Shown one piece after another: positions 50,402 to 64,000 of a stretch of DNA of 64,000 nt. The stretch is from Eledone cirrhosa (Eukaryota). The translations under genes were made by a program, and so were the position numbers. Position 1 is the stretch's first letter. The number at the start of each line of letters is the position of its first letter. The stretch covers positions 100,254,001-100,318,000 of the forward strand of contig OZ024741.1 in NCBI GenBank assembly GCA_964016885.1, read 5' to 3'. Below the pieces are notes generated by a model that had not been told where the DNA came from, did no database searches, and worked only from the letters and a program-made list of their open reading frames with translations.

Positions 50402-53030
50402 CAAGATTATATATTTAAATTATTGGCTGCAAGTGGGAGATGTATGAAAATACATAAATATATAATATTTGACAGAAACGTGATGAAACCTAAATCCTAA
50501 ATCCTAATTTATAAATTTGAAGTGATCCCTATAGTGTGCTATAATTTAAACATATATTACACATAATTAGTGTATATAAATCTTTTGTCATTTGTTCCGT
50601 TCATTTTAATAATTAGGGAAACATAATTCCGTTTACCATTATTGATCTGTAAGGGAAAATCAGTTTCAATAAAATATTTTGACAATTTAAGACAAGACAA
50701 CCTCATTCACACGCATAGAGAAAGTGACAAACTTCTTCATGTACATACATACACACAAACTTATACGCACATGCTCAAAAACAACTTTACACACTTATAC
50801 ATTATTTTATGCGTGCGTGCGCGTGTGCTTTTGTATTTACACGTATACATATTATATTGTGTATAAGTGAGTTTTGTGCACATATATGTGTATGATTGTT
50901 TCATTGTTAAATCTGATAAATTTGATAATATATATATAGATTCATTAAAACCATTTCATAATAATAATAATAATGATAATAATGATAATAATAATAACAA
51001 TAACAATAATAATAATACTTTAAAAAAATATTTTGCAGCATCTTGTAGAGAAACAATGAAGTCAGACAAGCATAGAGATACGGTTATATATAGCGAGTAA
51101 TAAATCTTTAGGAATTTTTAATATCTTTCTGTAAAATAATTTTGAAAATAAAATCAATTTATAACTGATACTGCTATATAAAATTATAATATTTTCTTCT
51201 ATTTGTTTTTCCTGTTGTATATTTTGAGTTGAAAAACACACATATATGTCCTCACGAATACATACAGGCAAATAAACAAAAAGAAAATAATATAATACAA
51301 AAAATCAAAATCATTCAAAAATTATCCAGACTATCGTAAAATATTGGTCGTTCTTATGTGCCTGGAGCAAAAAGAATATGTGAAAGTTTAAATTATATAT
51401 CGAAATTTGTGGATTTAAATAGTTATGGTTCATTATATTAGGGAATAATGGAATTAAAATGATATAGTAAAGAAAGCATATATTACTTTTTTAAAAACAT
51501 ATTAACTACAGCTTTCAATTTTTTAAATTTCGAATTGTATTATTACCCGACAATTATTGTGTGAAAAAATATTGTTATTTTTTCTCCATATCTTTTATTT
51601 TATTTATGAAACACCAAGAAATGTTCAGTCTCATTTCGCGTAAAAGTATCACTCTTAAACTGACCTTTAAATTTTATGACTTAGTTTATCATATGGTAAA
51701 TGTATATGGCTCAGCAAATATAAATGCACATTTTTAATAATGTATGTAGGCAACTCTGTCTGAGTCATGATCTGTTATTAATGTCTCAATTTCTTCGTCT
51801 CTGTCTGTCTGTCTGCATGTATGTATGTATTCATGTATGACACTCTGATATAATATATCTGGGGTCAAATGATTCACTTGAAGTATTAAAAATAATTATA
51901 TACAATGAAAAGTGAACACTAATATAACCGATAAAAAATTATTCAATATTTAAGTTTTAATATACAATGAACATTAACATTTAGTATGTCTTAATCTCGA
52001 ATTGAATTGAAATGAAAGCAAAGTGTAGCATAGTTACAAATTCTGCCTTAATTAGGACCGAAACTCAGCGCGGCAAAATGTTTTCAGGCTACAAAACTCA
52101 AACCATACTAAAATCTAACAGCAAGTTATAAACATTATTTGCTTAATTTGTAGGTTATCGACATTTATTTTACTAGTTGCCGATCTACGTCTTTAGAGAC
52201 ATTCACTGAAATATTAACGTGCTATCAAATATGTATATACTGCTCTTGAAACAACAATTGTGTCTCATTCACATTATGTTTAAATATGTATATATGTAAA
52301 GAGGCATCAGCACCGTCTATATAAAATATATTTTATGTTATGTACTCTCCATGACAATATAGATGTTAATGTTTGCAAAATTAGAAGTTCCCTATTTTGA
52401 ATGGTCTCGAGAAATCAAATGATTGTTTTTAAATATCTTCTTCGACAAGGTCAGGAATACACTATTTTAATTTTAAACAGCTAACACTGCATAAACTCAG
52501 TATTTCCTAAATATTATTGAAGATCCAAATACATAGGTCCTTTTCGTCAGTTTCTATCGAGTGACAACACACATGATGAATGTATGAGATAATGTAAACA
52601 AAATTTTACAAAAATAAAAATATACATTTTCCGTAATCTGGAATATGAAATTAGAATGTGTGTGTTTATTAACACGCCCGCTGGAATTACAATTGAGCAT
52701 CGACTAGTTTAAATGGAAGACAAATATAAAACTAATTCGATTATTGAATTTACTTTTAAGTGAAAAATACAATCATTTCTACTGATTAATTCGGAGCAAA
52801 GGTTTAGATAAAACAAATTCCAAACGATAGATAGTCATGCTAGTAAGCAGTTAATATGTACAGTTAATGTGGAATAAAAATATCTATTCTTTTATCTAAT
52901 TGACAGCTGAAAAATAGCTGTCCTGTCTTGTCAGACTTTTGACATTTTCTTGAAATTTTGCCGAGTAGAATTCTTGAGTAGTTCATAATTGTTAGAGGTG
53001 ATAGGAAATATAGCTTATTATAATTCTTAC

Positions 53031-53094
53031 CTGGAAAACGTGACAGGCGTTTAATGCATGAATGGCGGCTGAAACAGAACTTTAAGCAAATTCC
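53031..53094 (-). other. Candidate 64-nt exon
   Basis: Minus strand has ttctttacatctacAG before and CAG|GTAAGA after, in a repeat-poor region. No recognisable protein. Confidence 0.2.
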
Positions 53095-53933
53095 CTGTAG
53101 ATGTAAAGAATAGTAATTTCATTGCATTTTCTTATAACATAAATACTTCTAGCATTTGAATTAAAATCATTTTTATTTAACACGATTCAACATTTATTTC
53201 TTTTGTTTAGTAAGATATTGGCTTAGAGCGAACGGTTGTGATTCACATGAACAAACTTGAATAAGAGATTTCCTTCCACGCATAAAAAAGTAGACAAATG
53301 TGTAGGATTGCATACAAATACATTGATGTCATTAGCATGATATTTTCCTAGTGACAGGGGCAGATGCATATCCGGGCATTTCATACAGTTGGTTTCACAC
53401 ACGCACAAATCAAACAACATTTGACGGATCAGAAATATATAAAAAAAAGTTGGAGATATCATTTGTTGTGAGCTAGATTTGAACAAGAAAAATAAATTAA
53501 TGTTTAGATTTTACCAATAACATTTCCCATATAATTTGACCATTCGATATTTGTTCTTGTAAGTTTCGTATTTGGGTGAGAAAATATATCAAATAGTAAT
53601 TGCAAGGATCGCCTATTGTTGGTAACACATTCACACATCATGCAAGGACGCCGGATTCCAGTTTAGCTGGATCTCTAAGAAGCTAATGAAACCTTATATT
53701 TTTTACTCCATAATATTAATATTATTGAAATTTGTGAATCACATGTTCGATGACGGACGGCCGATGGTGAGGCTATCTAGGTATAATACAAATATCGCCG
53801 GAGGAGATACATTTTTTTGAAGTAACCTCCTTTCTGATATTGTAAAAAAAAAACTCGGTTATAGTAAATTCTGGGAACGAGAAAGAGCGAGAAAGTGGAA
53901 AGAAAAATCCCTCCCCGTGTATGATAAGCAATT

Positions 53934-54500
53934 TATTCAGCTTATAATAATTGTTTCTACTTTTGGCACAAGGCCAGCAATTACCCAGTACATTACTCGT
54001 ACTTTATTTTATCGACCCCGTAAGGATGAAAGGCAAAGTTATTCAGCTTATAATAATTGTTTCTACTTTAGGCACAAGGCCAGCAATTAACCAGTACATT
54101 ACTAGTACTTTATTTTATCGACCCCGTAAGGATGAAAGGCAAAGTCAACCTCGGCGGGATTTGAACTCAGATCGTAAAGGGACGTAACTATGCTGGTAAG
54201 CATGGCGCCGACCCTCTACCGATACTGCCAATCCACCGCCCTATTCAGCTTATAATAATTGTTTCTACGTTAGGCACAAGGCCAGCAATTACCCAGTGTA
54301 TTACTGGTACTTTATTTTATCGACCCCGTTAGGATGAAAGGCAAAGTTAACCTCAGCTTATAATAATTGTTTCTAGTTTTCGCACAAGGCAAGCAAATAC
54401 CCAGTGTATTACTGGTACTTTATTTTATCAACTCCATAAGGATGAAAGGCAAAGTTAACCTCGGCGGGATTTGAACTCAGAACCTCAGCTTATAATAATG
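53934..54500 (-). mobile_element. Array of four SINE copies (one full, three truncated) separated by the same TCAGCTTATAATAA
   Basis: The spacer occurs at about 53937, 54043, 54245, 54353 and 54485. Confidence 0.9.
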
Positions 54501-54911
54501 AAAGGTAAACTGGACATTGGTGAAATTTGAGACCAGTGTAGAGTGTAGCGCAGAAAATATTACAAGGACTTTTATCCAGCGCTCTACATAATTTGAAAAT
54601 TCGAAAGTTTAAAATTACTTTGAAAGGGAAATATCCAGTTTGGACAACTGTACCTGAATGTTAAAAAAAAAAATGTAAACCTTTTAGGAACTAAGTTTTA
54701 TATTGGAAACGTGAAACAAAAATAAATGCATCAAAGACACAATTGGCCCAACTAGTAATGAAGTGAGTGGTTTGGTAGATCTTCTTTCTACTGTATGGAA
54801 TGAACAGCATTGACCATGTCGTCCGCTAGCCTTAACAGAATTTCACTATTACACAGACATACACACATACACGAACCAACATATATACATGTACGTGTCT
54901 ATATGATATAT

Positions 54912-54988
54912 CTTCTTCTTCTTCTTCTTCTTCTTCTTCTTCTTCTTCTTCTTCTTCTTCTTCTTCTTCTTCTTCTTCTTCTTCTTCT
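54912..54988. repeat. (CTT)n microsatellite
   Basis: Direct reading. Confidence 0.95.
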
Positions 54989-55103
54989 TTTATTTCCAGA
55001 CAACTAAGAAATTACAGAGTTATTTGGTGTTTTAGCTTCAGTTGCTAATCTTGCTATTGCTCTTGCTACTGTTTCTCCTGTTCATGCTTCTGCTTGTCTT
55101 GCT

Positions 55104-58100
55104 GTGGTGCTTTATGTCCTAGTGTGTTATATTGTAGTGTTTTACATAGGTGGTGTTTTATGTCCTAGTGTGTTATGTTGTAGTATTTTACACAGGTGGT
55201 GCTTTATGTCCTAGTGTGTTATGTTGTAGTGTTTTACATAGGTGGTGCTTTATGTCCTAGTGTGTTATGTTGTAGTGTTTTACATAGGTGGTGCTTTATG
55301 TCCTAGTGTGTTATGTTGTAGTGTTTTACATAGGTGGTGCTTTATGTCCTAGTGTGTTATGTTGTAGTGTTTCACATAGGTGGTGCTTTATGTCCTAGTG
55401 TGTTATGTTGTAGTGTTTTACATAGGTGGTGCTTTATGTCCTAGTGTGTTATGTTGTAGTATTTTACATAGGTTGTGCTTTATGTCCTAGTGTGTTATGT
55501 TGTAGTATTTTACATAGGGGGTGCTTTATGTCCTAGTGTGTTATGTTGTAGTGTTTTACATAGGTAGTGCTTTATGTCCTAGTGTGTTATGTTGTAGTGT
55601 TTTACATAGGTGGTGCTTTATGTCCTAGTGTGTTATGTTGTAGTATTTTACATAGGTGGTGCTTTATATCCTAGTGTGTTATGTTGTAGTGTTTTACATA
55701 GGTGGTGCTTTATTTCCTAATGTGTTATGTTGTAGTGTTTTACATAGGTGGTGCTTTATGACGAAGTGTGTTATGTTGTAGTATTTTACATAGGTGGTGT
55801 TTTATGTCCTAGTATGTTATGTTGTAGTGTTTTACATAGGTGGTGCTTTATATCCTAGTGTGTTATGTTGTAGTGTTTTACATAGGTGGTTCTTTATGTC
55901 CTAGTGTGTTATGTTGTAGTATTTTACATAGGTGGTGCTTTATGTCCTAGTGTGTTATGTTGTAGTGTTTTACATAGGTGGTGCTTTATGTCCTAGTGTG
56001 TTATGTTGTACTGTTTTACATAGGTGGTGCTTTATGTCCTTGTGTGTTATGTTGTAGTGTCTTACATAGGTAGTGCTTTATGTCCTAGTGTGTTATGTTG
56101 TAGTATCTTACATAGGTGGTGCTTAATGTCCTAGTGTGTTATATTGTAGTATTTTACATAGGTTGTGCTTTATCTCCTAGTGTGTTATGTTGTAGTGTTT
56201 TACATAGGTGGTGTTTAAGTCCTAGTGTGTTATGTTATAGTGTTTTACATAGGTGGTGCTTTATGTCCTAGTGTGTTATGTTCTAGTATTTTACATAGGT
56301 GGTGCTGTATGTCCTAGTTTGTTATGTTCTAGTATTTTACATAGGTGGTGCTTTATGTCCTAGTGTGTTATGTTGTAGTATTTTACATAGGTGGTGCTTT
56401 ATGTCCTAATGTGTTATGTTGTAGTGTTTTACATAGGTGGTGCTTTATGTCCTTGTGTGTTATGTTGTAGTGTCTTACATAGGTAGTGCTTTATGTCCTA
56501 GTGTGTTATGTTGTAGTATCTTACATAGGTGGTGCTTAATGTCCTAGTGTGTTATATTGTAGTATTTTACATAGGTTGTGCTTTATCTCCTAGTGTGTTA
56601 TGTTGTAGTGTTTTACATAGGTGGTGCTTTAAGTCCTAGTGTGTTATGTTGTAGTGTTTTACATAGGTGGTGCTTTATGTCCTAGTGTGTTATGTTCTAG
56701 TATTTTACATAGGTGGTGCTGTATGTCCTAGTGTGTTATGTTGTAGTGTTTTACATAGGTGGTGCTTTATGTCCTAGTGTGTTATGTTGTAGTATGTTAC
56801 ATAGGTGGTGCTTTATCTCCTAGTGTGTTATGTGGTAGTGTTTTACATAGGTGGTGCTTTATGTCCTAGTGTGTTATGTTGTAGTGTTTTACATAGGTGG
56901 TGCTTTATGTCCTAGTGTGTTATGTTGTAGTGTTTTACATAGGTGGTGCTTTATGTCCTAGTGTGTTATGTTGTACTGTTTTACATAGGTGGTGCTTTAT
57001 GTCCTTGTGTGTTATGTTGTAGTGTCTTACATAGGTAGTGCTTTATGTCCTAGTGTGTTATGTTGTAGTATCTTACATAGGTGGTGCTTAATGTCCTAGT
57101 GTGTTATATTGTAGTATTTTACATAGGTTGTGCTTTATCTCCTAGTGTGTTATGTTGTAGTGTTTTACATAGGTGGTGCTTTAAGTCCTAGTGTGTTATG
57201 TTATAGTGTTTTACATAGGTGGTGCTTTATGTCCTAGTGTGTTATGTTCTAGTATTTTACATAGGTGGTGCTGTATGTCCTAGTGTGTTATGTTCTAGTA
57301 TTTTACATAGGTGGTGCTTTATGTCCTAGTGTGTTATGTTGTAGTATTTTACATAGGTGGTGCTTTATGTCCTAATGTGTTATGTTGTAGTGTTTTACAT
57401 AGGTGGTGCTTTATGTCCTTGTGTGTTATGTTGTAGTGTCTTACATAGGTAGTGCTTTATGTCCTAGTGTGTTATGTTGTAGTATCTTACATAGGTGGTG
57501 CTTAATGTCCTAGTGTGTTATATTGTAGTATTTTACATAGGTGGTGCTTTATGTCCTAGTGTGTTATGTTGTATTGTTTTACATAGGTGGTGCTTTATGT
57601 CCTAGTGTGTTATGTTCTAGTATTTTACATAGGTGGTGCTGTATGCCCTAGTGTGTTATGTTCTAGTATTTTACATAGGTGGTGCTTTATGTCCTAGTGT
57701 GTTATGTTGTAGTATTTTACATAGGTGGTGCTTTATGTCCTAATGTGTTATGTTGTAGTGTTTTACATAGGTGGTGCTTTATGTCCTAGCGTGTTATGTT
57801 GTAGTGTTTTACATAGGTGGTGCTTTATGTCCTAGAGTGTTATGTTGTAGTGTTTTTCATAGGTGGTGCTTTATGTCCTAGTGTGTTATGTTGTAGTGTT
57901 TTACATAAGTGGTGCTTTATGTCCTAATGTGTTTTGTTGTAGTGTTTTACATAGGTGGTGCTTTATGTCCTAGTGTGTTATGTTGTAGTGTTTTACATAG
58001 GTGGTGCTTTATGTCCTAGTGTGTTATGTTGTAGTGTTTTACATAGGTGCTGCTTTATGACCTAGTGTGTTATGTTGTAGTATTTTACATAGGTGGTGTT

Positions 58101-61100
58101 TTATGTCCTAGTGTGTTATGTTGTAGTGTTTTACATAGGTGGTGCTTTATCTCCTAGTGTGTTATGTTGTAGTGTTTTACATAGGTGGTTCTTTATGTCC
58201 TAGTGTGTTATGTTGTAGTATTTTACATAGGTGGTGCTTTATGTCCTAGTGTGTTATGTTGTAGTGTTTTACATAGGTGGTGCTTTATGTCCTAGTGTGC
58301 TATGTTGTAGTGTTTTACATAGGTAGTGCTTTATGTCCAGGTGTGTTATGTTGTAGTATCTTACATAGGTGGTGCTTAATGTCCTAGTGTGTTATGTTGT
58401 AGTGTTTTACATAGGTGGTGCTTTATGTCCTAGTGTGTTATGTTGTAGTGTTTTACATAGGTGGTGCTTTATGTCCTAGTGTGTTATGTTGTAGTGTGTT
58501 ACATAGGTGGTGCTTTATGATCTAGTGTGTTATGTTGTAGTATTTTACATAGGTGGTGTTTTATGTCCTAGTGTGTTACGTTGTAGTGTTTTACATAGGT
58601 GGTGCTTTATGTCTTAGTGTGTTATGTTGTAGTGTTTTACATAGGTGGTGCTTTATGTCCTAGTGTGTTATGTTGTAGTGTTTTACATAGGTAGTGCTAT
58701 ATGTCCTAGTGTGTTATGTTGTAGTATCTTACATAGGTGGTGCTTAATGTCCTAGTGTGTTATATTGTAGTATTTTACATAGGTTGTGCTTTATCTCCTA
58801 GTGTGTTATGTTGTAGTGTTTTACATAGGTGGTGCTTTATGTCCTAGTGTGTTATGTTGTAGTGTTTTACATAAGTGGTGCTTTATGTCCTAGTGTGTTA
58901 TGTTCTAGTATTTTACATAGGTGGTGCTGTATGCCCTAGTGTGTTATGTTCTAGTATTTTACATAGGTGGTGCTTTATGTCCTAGTGTGTTATGTTGTAG
59001 TATTTTACATAGGTGGTGCTTTATGTTCTAATGTGTTATGTTGTAGTGTTTTACATAGGTGGTGCTTTATGTCCTAGTGTGTTATGCTGTAGTGTTTTAC
59101 ATAGGTGGTGCTTTATGTCCTAGTGTGTTATGTTGTAGTGTTTTTCATAGGTGGTGCTTTATGTCCTAATGTGTTATGTTGTAGTGTTTTATATAGGTGG
59201 TGCTTTATGTCCTAGTGTGTTATGTTGTAGAGTTTACATAGGTGGTGCTTTATGTCCTAGTGTGTTATGTTGTAGTATTTTACATAGTGTGTGCTTTATG
59301 TCCTAGTGTGTTATGTTGTAGTGTTTACATAGGTGGTGCTTTATGACCTAGTGTGTTATGTTGTAGTATTTTACATAGGTGGTGCTTTATGTCCTAGTGT
59401 GTTATGTTGTAGTATTTTACATAGGTGGTGCTTTATGTCCTAGTGTGTTATGTTGTAGTATTTTACATAGGTGGTGCTTTATGTCCTAGTGTGTTATGTT
59501 GTATTGTTTTACATGGGTGGTGCTTTATGTCCTAGTGTGTTATATTGTAGTGTTTTACATAGGTGGTGCTTTATGTCCTAGTGTGTTATGTTGTAGTGTT
59601 TTTCATAGGTGGTGCTTTATGTCCTAATGTGTTATGTTGTAGTGTTTTACATATGTGGTGCTTTATGTCCTAGTTTGTTATGTTGTAGTGTTTACATAGA
59701 TGGTGCTTTATGTCCTAGTGTGTTATGTTGTAGTGTTTTACATAGGTGGTGCTTTATGTCCTAGTGTGTTATGTTGTAGTGTTTTTCATAGGTGGTGCTT
59801 TATGTCCTAATGTGTTATGTTGTAGTGTTTTATATAGGTGGTGCTTTATGTCCTAGTGTGTTATGTTGTAGTGTTTACATAGGTGGTGCTTTATGTCCTA
59901 GTGTGTTATGTTGTAGTATTTTACATAGTGTGTGCTTTATGTCCTAGTGTGTTATGTTGTAGTGTTTACATAGGTGGTGCTTTATGACCTAGTGTGTTAT
60001 GTTGTAGTATTTTACATAGGTGGTGCTTTATGTCCTAGTGTGTTATGTTGTAGTATTTTACATAGGTGGTGCTTTATGTCCTAGTGTGTTATGTTGTAGT
60101 ATTTTACATAGGTGGTGCTTTATGTCCTAGTGTGTTATGTTGTATTGTTTTACATGGGTGGTGCTTTATGTCCTAGTGTGTTATATTGTAGTGTTTTACA
60201 TAGGTGATGCTTTATGTCCTAGTGTGTTATGTTGTAGTGTTTTACATAGGTGGTGCTCTATGTCCTAGTGTGTTATGTTGTAGTATTTTACATAGGTGGT
60301 GCTTTATGTCCTAGTGTGTTATGTTGTAGTATTTTACATAGGTGGTGCTTAATGTCCTGGTGTGTTATGTTGTAGTGTTTTACATAGGTGATGCTTTATG
60401 TCCTAATGTGTTATGTTGTAGTGTTTTACATAGGTGGTGCTTTATGTCCTAGTGTGTTATGCTGTAGTGTTTTACATACGTGGTGCTTTATGTCCTAGTG
60501 TGTTATGTTGTAGTGTTTTACATAGGTGGTGCTTTATGTCCTAGTGTGTTATGTTGTAGTATGTTACATAGGTGGTGCTTTATGTCCTAGTGTGTTATGT
60601 GGTAGTGTTTTACATAGGTGGTGCTTTATGTCCTAGTGTGTTATGTTGTAGTGTTTTACATAGGTGGTGCTTTATGTCCTAGTGTGTTATGTTGTAGTAT
60701 TTTACATAGGTGGTGCTTTATGTCCTAGTGTGTTATGTTGTAGTATTTTACATAGGTTGTGCTTTATGTCCTAGTGTGTTATGTTGTAGTATTTTACATA
60801 GGGGTGCTTTATGTCCTAGTGTGTTATGTTGTAGTGTTTTACATAGGTAGTGCTTTATGTCCTAGTGTGTTATGTTGTAGTGTTTTACATAGGTGGTGCT
60901 TTATGTCCTAGTGTGTTATGTTGTAGTGTTTTACATAGGTGCTGCTTTATGTCCTAGTGTGTTATGTTGTAGTGTTTTAAATAGGTGGTGTTTTATGTCC
61001 TAGTGTGTTATGTTGTAGTGTTTTACATAGGTGGTGCTTTATGTCCTAGTGTGTTATGTTGTAGTGTTTTACATAGGTGGTGCTTTATGTCCTAGTGTGT

Positions 61101-64000
61101 TATGTTGTAGTGTTTTACATAGGTGGTGCTTTATGTCCTAATGTGTTATGTTGTAGTGTTTTACATAGGGGGTGCTTTATGTCCTAGTGTGTTATTTTGT
61201 AGTGTTTTACATAGGTAGTGCTTTATGTCCTAGTGTGTTATGTTGTAGTGTTTTACATAGGTGGTGCTTTATGTCCTAGTGTGTTATGTTGTAGTGTTTT
61301 TCATAGGTGGTGCTTTATGTCCTAATGTGTTATGTAGTGTTTTACATAGGTGGTGCTTCATGACCTAGTGTGTTATGTTGTAGTATTTTACATAGGTGGT
61401 GTTTTATGTCCTAGTGAGTTATGTTGTAGTGTTTTACATAGGTGGTGCTTTATGTCCTAGTGTGTTATGTTGTAGTCTTTTACATAGGTGGTGCTTTATG
61501 TCCTAATGTGTTATGTTGTAGTGTTTTACATAGATGGTGCTTTATCTCCTAGTGTGTTATGTTGTAGTATTTTACATAGGTTGTGCTTCATGTCCTAGTG
61601 TGTTATGTTGTAGTATTTTACATAGGGGGTGCTTTATATCCTAGTGTGTTATTTTGTAGTGTTTTACATAGGTAGTGCTTTATGTCCTAGTGTGTTATGT
61701 TGTAGTGTTTTACATAGGTGGTGCTTTATGTCCTAGTGTGTTATGTTGTAGTGTTTTACATAGGTGGTGCTTTATGTCCTAGTGTGTTATGTTGTAGTGT
61801 TTTACATAGGTGGTTCTTTATGTCCTAGTGTGTTATGTTGTAGTATTTTACATAGGTGGTGCTTTATGTCTTAGTGTGTTATGTTGTAGTGTTTTATATA
61901 GGTGGTGCGTTATGTCCTAGTGTGTTATGTTGTAGTATCTTACATAGGTGGTGCTTAATGTCCTAGTGTGTTATATTGTAGTATTTTACATAGGTTGTGC
62001 TTTATCTCCCAGTGTGTTATGTTGTAGTGTTTTACATAGGTGGTGCTTTATGTCCTAGTGTGTTATGTTGTAGTGTTTTACATAGGTGGTTCTTTATGTC
62101 CTAGTGTGTTATGTTCTAGTATTTTACATAGGTGGTGCTGTATGCCATAGTGTGTTATGTTCTAGTATTTTACATAGGTGGTGCTTTATGTCCTAGTGTG
62201 TTATGTTGTAGTATTTTACATAGGTGGTGCTTTATGTCCTAATGTGTTATGTTGTAGTGTTTAACATAGGTGGTGCTTTATGTCCTAGTGTGTTATGTTG
62301 TAGTGTTTTACATAGGTGGTGCTTTATGTCCTAGTGTGTTATGTTGTAGTGTTTTTCATAGGTGGTGCTTTATGTCCTAATGTGTTATGTTGTAGTGTTT
62401 TACATAGGTGGTGCTTTGTGTCCTAGTGTGTTATGTTGTAGTGTTTACATAGGTGGTGCTTTATGTCCTAGTGTCTTATGTTGTAGTATTTTACATAGGT
62501 GGTGCTTTATGTCCTAGTGTGTTATATTGTAGTGTTTACATAGGTGGTGCTTTATGACCTAGTGTGTTATGTTGTAGTATTTTACATAGGTAGTGCTTTA
62601 TGTCCTAGTGTGTTATGTTGTAGTATTTTACATAGGTTGTGCTTTATGTCCTAGTGTGTTATGTTGTAGTATTTTACATAGGGGTGCTTTATGTCCTAGT
62701 GTGTTATGTTGTAGTGTTTTACATAGGTAGTGCTTTATGTCCTAGTGTGTTATGTTGTAGTGTTTTACATAGGTGGTGCTTTATGTCCTAGTGTGTTATG
62801 TTGTAGTGTTTTACATAGGTGCTGCTTTATGTCCTAGTGTGTTAAGTTGTAGTGTTTTAAATAGGTGGTGTTTTATGTCCTAGTGTGTTATGTTGTAGTG
62901 TTTTACATAGGTGGTGCTTTATGTCCTAGTGTGTTATTTGTAGTGTTTTACATAGGTGGTGCTTTATGTCCTAGTGTGTTATGTTGTAGTGTTTTACATA
63001 GGTGGTGCTTTATGTCCTAATGTGTTATGTTGTAGTGTTTTACATAGGTGGTGCTTTATGTCCTAGTGTGTTATGTTGTAGTAGTTTACATAGGTTGTGC
63101 TTTATGTCCTAGTGTGTTATGTTGTAATATTTTACATAGGGGGTGCTTTATGTCCTAGTGTGTTATTTTGTAGTGTTTTACATAGGTAGTGCTTTATGTC
63201 CTAGTGTGTTATGTTGTAGTGTTTTACATAGGTGGTGCTTTATGTCCTAGTGTGTTATGTTGTAGTGTTTTTCATAGGTGGTGCTTTATGTCCTAATGTG
63301 TTATGTTGTAGTGTTTTACATAGGTGGTGCTTTATGACCTAGTGTGTTATGTTGTAGTATTTTACATAGGTGGTGTTTTATGTCCTAGTGTGTTATGTTG
63401 TAGTGTTTTACATAGGTGGTGCTTTATCTCCTAGTGTGTTATGTTGTAGTATTTTACATAGGTTGTGCTTTATGTCCTAGTGTGTTATGTTGTAGTATTT
63501 TACATAGGTGGTGCTTTATGTCCTAGTGTGTTATGTTGTAGTGTTTTACATAGGTGCTGCTTTATGTCCTAGTGTGTTAAGTTGTAGTGTTTTAAATAGG
63601 TGGTGTTTTATGTCCTAGTGTGTTATGTTGTAGTGTTTTACATAGGTGGTGCTTTATGTCCTAGTGTGTTATTTGTAGTGTTTTACATAGGTGGTGCTTT
63701 ATGTCCTAGTGTGTTATGTTGTAGTGTTTTTCATAGGTGGTGCTTTATGTCCTAATGTGTTATGTTGTAGTGTTTTACATAGGTGGTGCTTTATGACCTA
63801 GTGTGTTATGTTGTAGTATTTTACATAGGTTGTGCTTTATGTCCTAGTGTGTTATGTTGTAGTATTTTACATAGGGGGTGCTTTATATCCTAGTGTGTTA
63901 TTTTGTAGTGTTTTACATAGGTAGTGCTTTATGTCCTAGTGTGTTATGTTGTAGTGTTTTACATAGGTGGTGCTTTATGTCCTAGTGTGTTATGTTGTAG
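55104..64000. repeat. 46-bp tandem satellite, about 190 copies, running off the window end
   Basis: Consensus ATAGGTGGTGCTTTATGTCCTAGTGTGTTATGTTGTAGTGTTTTAC; unit starts at 55146 and 55192. Confidence 0.97.

Noticed and set aside
55104-64000. CRISPR-like array
   Set aside because: Units are contiguous 46-mers with no unique spacers and no cas genes, in a eukaryotic context. It is a satellite.

Overview
AT-rich, repeat-dominated animal genomic DNA with no intact protein-coding gene. The abundant tRNA-derived SINE, dense microsatellites and element repertoire suggest an octopod cephalopod (inference). Recognisable content: decayed Penelope-like element (PLE) fragments (Neptune-type and Naiad-type reverse transcriptase, two GIY-YIG endonuclease ends), CR1/Zenon-like, RTE and R4/Dong-like LINE fragments, DNA-transposon and Helentron-type non-autonomous pieces, about 18 SINE copies, and a 46-bp satellite filling the last 8.9 kb. 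The main unexplained signal is a dense set of short, mostly ORF-less fold-back (inverted-repeat) or tandem elements, mostly embedded in (TA)n tracts, from about ten unrelated sequence families. Most carry a type I hammerhead ribozyme (HHR) motif or part of one, often on both strands. They include non-canonical cores (a compensatory U3-A8 pair in several families, U4A in the Naiad family), a stem covariation between copies, and upstream Octamer or CCAAT/E2F-like motifs. This looks like a PLE-mobilised, retrozyme-like small-RNA system. All ribozyme calls are by-eye folds and are untested.
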